This document shows positions 56,694 to 64,000 of a stretch of 64,000 bases of DNA, piece by piece. The DNA comes from Clostridia bacterium. GTDB taxonomy: Bacteria > Bacillota > Clostridia > DUPQ01. How positions within the stretch are numbered: position 1 is the stretch's first letter; every line of letters starts with the position of its first letter. The stretch spans positions 3,611 through 67,610 of the forward strand of contig JAWOHX010000011.1 in assembly GCA_046484975.1 (NCBI GenBank). Direction: 5' to 3'. A program made the translations under genes and the position numbers. Below the pieces are notes generated by a model. It searched no databases, was not told the origin of the DNA, and worked only from the letters and a program-made list of their open reading frames with translations.

Positions 56694-59132
56694 ATGCAAG
56701 AGAGTGTTAAAATTATAAAAATCAACAAACTTCCGTTGATTCCCCTGAGAGGATTGACGGTGTTTCCACATATGACCATCCATTTCGACATCGGCAGGGA
56801 CAAGTCCATCAAGGCATTGGAGAAAGCCATGGAGGACAACCAGCTGGTGTTTCTGGTCACACAAAAGGAAACTGCCATGGATGATCCGGAGACAGGGGAC
56901 ATCTATGAATATGGAACTGTTTCAAAAATCAAACAGTTGCTGAGACTGCCCGGGAAAACCATCCGGGTGCTCATAGAGGGGCTGGAGAGGGGCAGAATCG
57001 TCAGTTATGAGAAGACCCAGCCATTTTTTGAAGCGGAGATCGAACGGATCGAACCTGTTTTCAACAGCAGGGACAAGAAAAAGGAAGAGGCATTGAAACG
57101 CCAGGCAGTGGAAGCATTCGAGGAGTATGCCACACTTGCAGGCAGGGTTTCACCGGAAACGGTTTTTTCCATCATCACCACGGAGGACGCGGACAAGCTG
57201 TCGGATCTGATCATTGGAAGCATCTCCCTGAAAACGGAGGCCAAGCAGCAACTGCTGGAGGAGAACAATCCTGTCAAACGGTTGGACAAGATGCTGCCCC
57301 TTATTTTCGAGGAGATTCAGATCCTGGAACTGGAAAAGGACATCTCTACCAAAGTCAAGGGACAGATTGACGAGATGCAGAAGCAATATTACCTGAAGGA
57401 GCAGTTGAAGGTCATCCAGGACGAGCTGGGGGAGAACCAGCCGGAGGACGATGAGCTGAATGAATATTACGAAGCCCTGCGCGACAGGAAATTCCCCGTT
57501 GAAGTCCGGGAGAAAATTGAGAAGGAATTGAACCGCCTGAAAAAAATGAGCCCCATGTCGGCAGAGTCGTCGGTGATACGCACTTATGTGGAATGGCTGA
57601 TCCAGATGCCTTGGGATAAATCCACCCAGGAGAAACTGGACATCAGGAAGGCCCGTTTCATCCTTGAGAGGGACCATTACGGTCTCGCCAAGGTCAAGGA
57701 AAGAATCATCGAGTACATTGCCGCCAGAAAAATGTCTGAAGGGTTCAACGCCCCCATCCTTTGCCTGGTGGGCCCACCCGGGGTAGGAAAAACCAGCATC
57801 GCAAAATCCATCGCAGAAGCTGTGAACCGGAATTATGTTCGAATGTCTTTGGGCGGGGTACGGGATGAAGCCGAAATCCGGGGACATCGGAGGACCTATG
57901 TGGGTTCCATGCCCGGAAGGATTGCCAAGGCCATCGTCCAGGCGGAAAGCAGCAATCCCCTGATGCTTCTGGACGAGATCGACAAGATGAGCAGCGATTT
58001 TCGCGGCGATCCTGCCTCTGCCATGCTGGAGGTTCTGGATTCCGAGCAAAACTACTCCTTCCGGGACCACTACCTTGAGGTCTCCCTGGACCTTCGGCAG
58101 GTGATGTTCATCACCACCGCCAACAGCCTGGATACCGTTCCCAGGGCATTGGTGGACAGGATGGAGGTCATCGAGGTGTCCGGATACACCCCGGAGGAAA
58201 AGCTCAACATCGCCAAAAAATACCTGTTGCCCAAGCTTCTGGGAAAATACGGGCTGAATAAAAGACAGCTGAAGATCGGCAACCCTGCCATGATGGACAT
58301 CATCAACGGGTACACCCGGGAATCAGGTGTGAGAAACCTGGAAAGGGAGCTTTCCGCCATCCTGAGGAAAGCCACCACCCGTCTGGTGGAACAAAACATG
58401 GAAGGTGTTGTGGTGAACAGGGGCCATCTGGTGGAATTCCTGGGGCCAGTACGATATGAATACGAAAAAGCCCTCAAAAAGAACGAGATCGGCATCGCCA
58501 GGGGACTTGCCTGGACCCCGGTGGGAGGGGACACCCTGTCCATCGAGGTCAATGTGATGCCCGGAACCGGGAGTCTGGAACTCACCGGCCGTCTGGGTGA
58601 TGTCATGAAGGAATCGGCCAAGGCCGCCATGGGATACATCCGTTCCATGACAGAACGGTTTGCCCTGGAAAAGGATTTCTACAAGAAAATAGACATCCAT
58701 GTCCATGTTCCCGAAGGAGCCGTCCCCAAGGACGGACCCTCCGCAGGAATCACCCTGGCCACTGCCATTATATCCGCCCTCATGGGAATACCGGTCTTTG
58801 GCTTTGTGGCCATGACCGGGGAGATCACCCTTCGTGGAAGGGTCCTGCCCATCGGGGGGCTCAAGGAAAAACTCACCGCCGCCAGAAGGGCAGGGATCAC
58901 CAAGGTCATCCTGCCCCTGGCAAACGATAAGGATCTTTCGGAAGTCCCCGGTGAAATCCTCAAAGCCATGGAGATTGTGAAGGCCGCCACCATGGAGGAT
59001 GTGCTCAAGCATGCCCTGGCGGTGGATTATGCGAAAAACAACAGGGACCCGGGAAAAAGCGCAACAAAGCCCGCATATTTAAAAGGCGACCTGAAGGAAG
59101 GAATCGGCAACGGTCCGGATATCAGGGCATAA
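56694..59132 (+). CDS. lon: ATP-dependent Lon protease (LonA)
   Basis: N-terminal LON domain, AAA+ (GPPGVGKTS) and protease domain with the catalytic Ser ([10 protein letters not shown]) and Lys. 812 aa. Confidence 0.96.
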   Translation: MQESVKIIKINKLPLIPLRGLTVFPHMTIHFDIGRDKSIKALEKAMEDNQLVFLVTQKETAMDDPETGDIYEYGTVSKIKQLLRLPGKTIRVLIEGLERGRIVSYEKTQPFFEAEIERIEPVFNSRDKKKEEALKRQAVEAFEEYATLAGRVSPETVFSIITTEDADKLSDLIIGSISLKTEAKQQLLEENNPVKRLDKMLPLIFEEIQILELEKDISTKVKGQIDEMQKQYYLKEQLKVIQDELGENQPEDDELNEYYEALRDRKFPVEVREKIEKELNRLKKMSPMSAESSVIRTYVEWLIQMPWDKSTQEKLDIRKARFILERDHYGLAKVKERIIEYIAARKMSEGFNAPILCLVGPPGVGKTSIAKSIAEAVNRNYVRMSLGGVRDEAEIRGHRRTYVGSMPGRIAKAIVQAESSNPLMLLDEIDKMSSDFRGDPASAMLEVLDSEQNYSFRDHYLEVSLDLRQVMFITTANSLDTVPRALVDRMEVIEVSGYTPEEKLNIAKKYLLPKLLGKYGLNKRQLKIGNPAMMDIINGYTRESGVRNLERELSAILRKATTRLVEQNMEGVVVNRGHLVEFLGPVRYEYEKALKKNEIGIARGLAWTPVGGDTLSIEVNVMPGTGSLELTGRLGDVMKESAKAAMGYIRSMTERFALEKDFYKKIDIHVHVPEGAVPKDGPSAGITLATAIISALMGIPVFGFVAMTGEITLRGRVLPIGGLKEKLTAARRAGITKVILPLANDKDLSEVPGEILKAMEIVKAATMEDVLKHALAVDYAKNNRDPGKSATKPAYLKGDLKEGIGNGPDIRA

Positions 59133-59206
59133 AAAAACAAGCGCTCCCTTTCCTTCCTCCTGGTTTACGGATATAATGTGAGGGAGGAAAAGAAGGAGAC
59201 TGGCAA

Positions 59207-59941
59207 ATGACAATCACAATCGGGATCCTCCTTTGCATGGGGATCCTGTTTTTCGCCAATTGGATACAGGGGGTATCAGGTTTCGGCCGGGGGCTCATCG
59301 CCATCCCCCTGCTGTCATTTTTCATCCCCATTGACCAGGTAATCCCAATGATGATCCTGACCAGCATCCTGACGACCTTGCTGATGTATCTGAAGAACCG
59401 CGAAAGCACGGACATCCGTAAAATTCTTCCCATGTCCCTGCTGGGCATCGTGGGAACCACGGTGGGTGTTGCCCTGCTCAAGGCGTTGCCGGTGTTCCAC
59501 CTGAAAATCATCATCGGCATCCTCATCATGCTCTTCGCCATTTTGATCGCCACAGGTTTTTCCATCCGGGTGAAACGGATGAAACTGGCTTTTTGCGTGA
59601 CAGGCTTCATCAGTGGGTTCCTCTCCGGTTCCTTGTCCATCGGCGGGCCACCTGTGGTCTTCCTTTTCCAGGGGATCCGGGAGGAAAAGGATGCCTTCAG
59701 GGGAAACCTGTCATTGTTCTTCCTCATCGTGTCCCTGTTCTCCATTCTCAACCTGTTTCTCAACGGGATGGTCTCCGGGGACATCCTATGGTACAGTCTG
59801 GTTTTCATGCCGGTGATTCTCCTGGGAACCCTTGCCGGACATCTGTTTTCCAGAAAGGTCAATGAAATTTTCTTTCGCAAGCTGGTCACAATCCTTCTGT
59901 TTCTCTCTGGAATGTCCGCGGTGTTTTTCGCACTGGTATGA
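59207..59941 (+). CDS. TauE/SafE (DUF81) family sulfite/sulfur-compound exporter-like permease
   Basis: Two-fold repeated 4-TM architecture with GxGGG-like motifs (GVSGFGRGL; SIGGPPVV). Confidence 0.8.
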   Translation: MTITIGILLCMGILFFANWIQGVSGFGRGLIAIPLLSFFIPIDQVIPMMILTSILTTLLMYLKNRESTDIRKILPMSLLGIVGTTVGVALLKALPVFHLKIIIGILIMLFAILIATGFSIRVKRMKLAFCVTGFISGFLSGSLSIGGPPVVFLFQGIREEKDAFRGNLSLFFLIVSLFSILNLFLNGMVSGDILWYSLVFMPVILLGTLAGHLFSRKVNEIFFRKLVTILLFLSGMSAVFFALV

Positions 59942-60012
59942 GGCCCCCGGGAAAATTATTTTACAAAAAATCATGATGGACTTATAATATAATAAAAAGT
60001 AAGGAGCATCCT

Positions 60013-61161
60013 ATGAAAACTGTAGCTGAGATCAATGAAAAAATCAGGAAAGGCAAGGCCATTGTGGTCACTGCTGAGGAAGTCATCGACATCGCCCGGG
60101 ACATGGGATACAGGAAAGCCGCGGAGAAAATCGATGTCGTCACTACCGGTACTTTCGGGCCCATGTGTTCCTCCGGCGTTTTCATCAATTTCGGCCACTC
60201 CAATCCTCCCATCAAGATGCAGAAAGTGAAACTCAACGATGTTCCCGCCTACGCCGGGATTGCCGCGGTGGACGCCTACATCGGCGCTACGGAGCTTTCC
60301 GAGACCAGGGGGATGGAATACGGGGGAGGCCACGTCATCGAGGACCTGGTGGCCGGAAAGGACATCAAGCTCTACGCAACTGCCTATGGGACCGACTGTT
60401 ATCCCCGGCGGGAGATCCTTACCTCCATCAATAAGCACAACGTGAACCAGGCCTATATGTATAACCCGAGAAACGCCTACCAGAATTACCCGGCCGCCAC
60501 CAATTCCACCAACAGGACCATCTACACATACATGGGGACCTTGTTGCCCAATTTCGGGAATATCACCTACAGCACATCAGGTGAATTGAGCCCCCTGCTG
60601 AACGACCCGTATCTGAGGACCATCGGCCTGGGGACCAAAATCTTTCTGGGAGGAACGGAGGGTTATGTGACCTGGCAGGGGACCCAGAACAATCCCAACC
60701 AGGAACGAAACGAGCGGGGGGTTCCCGTTTCCCTTGCCGGTACCCTGGCATTGGCCGGGGACATCAAGGGCATGAGCACACGATATGTCAAGGGGGCCAC
60801 TTATGAGAAATACGGACCAAGCCTGTTCGTCGGGGTAGGCATACCCATCCCTGTGATTGACGAGGATATGCTGGCCAGCACCGCAGTGACCAACAGGGAT
60901 ATCACGACTAAGTTGTCCGACAAGAGCGGAAATGAAAACCTGGATGTCTCATTCACCTATGAACAGCTACGCAGCGGTTGGGTGGAGTACAGGGGCAGGA
61001 AGGTCCCGACTGCACCATTGAGCAGCCTGCCACGGGCCAGGGAAATCGCCCAGGTACTGAAAAAGTGGGTGGCCATGGGAGAGTTTCTCCTGACTGAGGC
61101 ATCCACCACCCTGCAGAAGCCGGACATCATCAATCAACTGACCATAAGGGAGATCAAATGA
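60013..61161 (+). CDS. DUF39/COG1900 protein (homocysteine biosynthesis, aspartate-semialdehyde sulfurtransferase-like)
   Basis: 382 aa COG1900-type protein. Followed directly by a NIL-ferredoxin gene, the signature pairing of the sulfide-dependent homocysteine pathway. Confidence 0.8.
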   Translation: MKTVAEINEKIRKGKAIVVTAEEVIDIARDMGYRKAAEKIDVVTTGTFGPMCSSGVFINFGHSNPPIKMQKVKLNDVPAYAGIAAVDAYIGATELSETRGMEYGGGHVIEDLVAGKDIKLYATAYGTDCYPRREILTSINKHNVNQAYMYNPRNAYQNYPAATNSTNRTIYTYMGTLLPNFGNITYSTSGELSPLLNDPYLRTIGLGTKIFLGGTEGYVTWQGTQNNPNQERNERGVPVSLAGTLALAGDIKGMSTRYVKGATYEKYGPSLFVGVGIPIPVIDEDMLASTAVTNRDITTKLSDKSGNENLDVSFTYEQLRSGWVEYRGRKVPTAPLSSLPRAREIAQVLKKWVAMGEFLLTEASTTLQKPDIINQLTIREIK

Positions 61162-61162
61162 T

Positions 61163-61567
61163 ATGAAAAAATTGAAACTGAAAATGAGTTTTCATCAGGA
61201 TAATGTTGAAAAACCCGTGATATATGAGCTGATCAAGAAGTACAACCTGTTGTTCAACATCCTCCATGCCGACATCAACTACGGCAGCAAGGGGACCCTG
61301 ATCACGGAGATCCAGGGAGAGGAAGAGGACATCGAGAAGGCCATGTCATATCTCTCCGACGTAGGGGTCCAGTATGAGACCTACCTGAAAGCCATCCTCA
61401 GGGATGAGGATGAATGTGTGGACTGCGGTGCGTGTACTGCGGTCTGTCCCACCCGGGCCTTGAGCATGAACGAGGATGGATGCCTGGAATTTGACAAGGA
61501 AAAATGTGTGGTCTGCGAATTGTGCATCAGTGCCTGTCCACTGCGAATCATCCGCCTGGAACTGTAA
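61163..61567 (+). CDS. NIL domain + 2x[4Fe-4S] ferredoxin protein
   Basis: N-terminal NIL domain (VIYELIKKYNLLFNILHADINYG) and two CxxCxxCxxxCP motifs (CVDCGACTAVCP; CVVCELCISACP). Confidence 0.8.
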   Translation: MKKLKLKMSFHQDNVEKPVIYELIKKYNLLFNILHADINYGSKGTLITEIQGEEEDIEKAMSYLSDVGVQYETYLKAILRDEDECVDCGACTAVCPTRALSMNEDGCLEFDKEKCVVCELCISACPLRIIRLEL

Positions 61568-61568
61568 A

Positions 61569-62306
61569 ATGTATGAGAAGAGAAGCTATAGGGATCTGTT
61601 TGAGAACAAACTGACCTGGTTTGAAGTCAGTGTGGGCGAAACCGACCTGATGGTGGGGTGTTCAGCTGATTTGCAAAAAGAAACCCTGAGGGAGGTGCGG
61701 CGGCTTAGAAAATCCCTTGATTCCTTCATCAGGCTGCATCCCGAATTTTCCACATCCCTGGTTCCGCTGTCATATGAAGACGCCAACGGAATCATCCGCG
61801 ACATGGAACAGGCAGGCATCAAGGCAGGCACCGGACCCATGGCGGCCGTGGCTGGTGCCATCGCCATGCACATAGCGAACCGTCTCCGGGAACACTCAAC
61901 GGAAGTGTTCGTGGAAAACGGGGGGGATTTGTACATTTATTCCGAGGAAGACAGGCTCATCGGAATCCATGCCGGACAATCCGTGCTCAGCGGAAAATTC
62001 GCCATCAGGGTAAAAAAATGCCAATTGCCCATGGGTGTCTGTACTTCCTCCGCCACCGTTGGACATTCTTTGAGTTTCGGAAAAGCCGATGCAGCCACGG
62101 TTCTGTCCAGGGACGGCGCCCTGAGCGACGCCCTGGCCACAGCCCTGTGCAACAGGATCCAGGGTAAAAATGACCTGGGACCGGCACTGGAATGGGTGCG
62201 TTCCATTGAAGGGGTGTCGGGGGCAATGGCAGTAATGGGAGACACCATGGGAGCTGTAGGGGACATTGAACTGGTTCCATGGAACAGAAAAGAGGAGGAG
62301 TCATGA
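61569..62306 (+). CDS. UPF0280/ApbE-like family protein
   Basis: The ATG at 61569 sits 2 nt after the ferredoxin stop. 245 aa. Conserved Gly-rich segments (GTGPMAAVAGAIA). Family assignment is tentative. Confidence 0.5.
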   Translation: MYEKRSYRDLFENKLTWFEVSVGETDLMVGCSADLQKETLREVRRLRKSLDSFIRLHPEFSTSLVPLSYEDANGIIRDMEQAGIKAGTGPMAAVAGAIAMHIANRLREHSTEVFVENGGDLYIYSEEDRLIGIHAGQSVLSGKFAIRVKKCQLPMGVCTSSATVGHSLSFGKADAATVLSRDGALSDALATALCNRIQGKNDLGPALEWVRSIEGVSGAMAVMGDTMGAVGDIELVPWNRKEEES

Positions 62307-63115
62307 GGGAACAGATCCGGAATGCACAAAGGATTGTAGTGAAAGTGGGGACATCCTCCCTGACATTTGCGAACGGAAAAATCAATCTGATGAAAATGGA
62401 ACAGCTTTCAAGGAGGATTGTCAACATCGCCAACAGCGGGAAAGAGGTCATCCTGGTCTCTTCAGGTGCTGTCGGGGTGGGCATGGGTAAACTCAACCTC
62501 AGCCAACGGCCGGAGGACGTGGTGGAAAAACAGGCCATAGCAGCAGTGGGCCAGTGTGAACTCATGCACATTTATTCGAAATTTTTCTCGGAATACGGAA
62601 GGATTGTAGGCCAGATCCTGCTGACAAAGGATGTGGTCAGCAACGAAGCCACCAGTCATAATGCAAAGAACACGTTCAACAGCCTGCTGGAAAAAGGCAT
62701 CATTCCCATCGTCAATGAGAATGACTCGGTCTCCGTTGATGAACTCATATCCAGCGGGAATACGGGTTTTGGGGACAACGACACCTTGTCCGCCCTGGTG
62801 GCCGTACTGGTGAAGGCGGATCTTTTGGTCATCCTTACGGACATCGACGGGTTTTATGAAGGAAACCCCAGGGAGATCAAAGATGCCAGGATCATCCCCC
62901 TCGTACGGGACATCGACGACACCCTGCTTGGTTATGCCGGAGGCAACGGCTCCTTGATGGGGACCGGGGGAATGGTCACCAAGTTGCAGGCCGCCTCCAT
63001 TTGCATGGAGCACAACATTGACATGGCATTGATCAATGGAAACAGAATGGATAATATCCAGGATCTTCTGGACGGCCGGGAGTTGGGCACCTTGTTCAAA
63101 GGAAGGAAAAACTGA
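62303..63115 (+). CDS. proB: glutamate 5-kinase
   Basis: RIVVKVGTSSLT, VSSGAV and the amino-acid-kinase fold. No PUA domain. About 270 aa. Confidence 0.9.
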   Translation: MREQIRNAQRIVVKVGTSSLTFANGKINLMKMEQLSRRIVNIANSGKEVILVSSGAVGVGMGKLNLSQRPEDVVEKQAIAAVGQCELMHIYSKFFSEYGRIVGQILLTKDVVSNEATSHNAKNTFNSLLEKGIIPIVNENDSVSVDELISSGNTGFGDNDTLSALVAVLVKADLLVILTDIDGFYEGNPREIKDARIIPLVRDIDDTLLGYAGGNGSLMGTGGMVTKLQAASICMEHNIDMALINGNRMDNIQDLLDGRELGTLFKGRKN

Positions 63116-64000
63116 TGGATATGGAAAGACTGGGCAGGATGGCGAAGGATGCAAAGGTTTTTCTCAACGGCCTGACGGAACAGGAGAAAAACACCCTTCT
63201 CCGGAAAATGGCCCGGAGCCTGAGGGAAAACAGCAAAGCCATCCTGGAGGGCAACAGAAAGGACCTGGCAGATGCGACGGCCCAGACACGGCTGGACAGG
63301 CTCAGGCTCGATGATGGGCGGATCGAAGGGATGGCATGTGGACTGGAGGAACTGGCAGACATCAAGGACCCCGTGGGAGAAGTCATGGAGAGGATCCAAC
63401 GGCCCAACGGGCTTCTCATCGAGAAAGTCCGGGTGCCAATCGGTGTCATCGGGATCATTTATGAGGCCCGACCCAATGTGACCAGCGATGCCGCCGGGAT
63501 CTGTTTCAAAACAGGGAACGCCGTCATCCTGAAGGGCGGACGGGAAGCGTTGCACTCAAACAAGGCCATCACCAGGATCCTGCATGATGTCCTGGAGGCC
63601 GAGGGTTTCCCTGATGGATGCATTCAGCTTGTGGAGGATCCCAGCCGGGAAACCACCCTGGAGATGATGCGGCTGGACCGCTATATCGATTTGCTGATTC
63701 CCAGGGGAGGGGCTTTGCTCATCCGTTCTGTGGTTGAGAATGCCACCATCCCGGTGATTGAGACCGGGGTGGGAAACTGCCATGTATACATCGACTCACC
63801 GTCGGACCTGGAGATGGGGGTGCGTGTCATCGTGAATGCCAAGACATCCAGGCCTTCCGTGTGCAATGCGGCGGAGACTCTCCTGGTGCACAGGGACATG
63901 GCAAAGGATTTCCTGCCCGTGGCCTGTGAAGCATTGAAGGCGTCCGGCGTGGAGATTCGAGGCTGTCAGAAAACCCGGGACGTTGTCCCTTGGGTACTCC
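63115..64000 (+). CDS. proA: gamma-glutamyl phosphate reductase (3' partial, runs off window)
   Basis: ATG overlaps the proB TGA. VPIGVIGIIYEARPNVT and the catalytic Cys in NAKTSRPSVCNAAETLLVH. Confidence 0.9.
   Translation, partial: MDMERLGRMAKDAKVFLNGLTEQEKNTLLRKMARSLRENSKAILEGNRKDLADATAQTRLDRLRLDDGRIEGMACGLEELADIKDPVGEVMERIQRPNGLLIEKVRVPIGVIGIIYEARPNVTSDAAGICFKTGNAVILKGGREALHSNKAITRILHDVLEAEGFPDGCIQLVEDPSRETTLEMMRLDRYIDLLIPRGGALLIRSVVENATIPVIETGVGNCHVYIDSPSDLEMGVRVIVNAKTSRPSVCNAAETLLVHRDMAKDFLPVACEALKASGVEIRGCQKTRDVVPWVL

Overview
This is a Firmicutes/Clostridia-type chromosomal core region with GC around 52-55% and dense + strand coding. The right half holds the conserved translation/transcription super-operon: rpmG-secE-nusG-rplK-rplA-(L10 leader)-rplJ-rplL | rpoB-rpoC | L7Ae-like-rpsL-rpsG-fusA-tuf. 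That block has recognisable sigma-A promoters and intrinsic terminators. The left half has rex, ctsR-radA-carD-yacL-ispD (with ispF convergent), ddl-murI-DUF1934-argS, pyrG, greA and lysS. The far right has gdhA, a flavodiiron protein, a MoxR/DUF58 triad, lon and a sulfur cluster ending in proB-proA. No rRNA, tRNA, CRISPR array or mobile element was detected. Between the housekeeping blocks sit several less ordinary modules. These are: (1) a radical-SAM/SPASM peptide-maturase-like enzyme with an N-terminal RRE-like extension, coupled to a secreted peptidoglycan-binding protein and a HAD phosphatase, with no precursor peptide nearby. (2) An EF-G paralogue with the switch-II catalytic His replaced by Tyr, translationally coupled to rex. 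(3) An S41 peptidase next to a catalytically dead S41 paralogue, both carrying peptidoglycan-binding tails, followed by a GH42-like protein. (4) A four-gene partner-switching sigma module with two anti-sigma-like proteins, one of them a degenerate pseudokinase. (5) Two diverged J-domain-like membrane paralogues. (6) A TauE + DUF39 + NIL-ferredoxin + UPF0280 sulfide-to-homocysteine cluster. Coordinates I counted myself may be off by 1-2 nt. CDS ends follow the supplied ORF track, with starts moved to the best internal start where motifs supported it.
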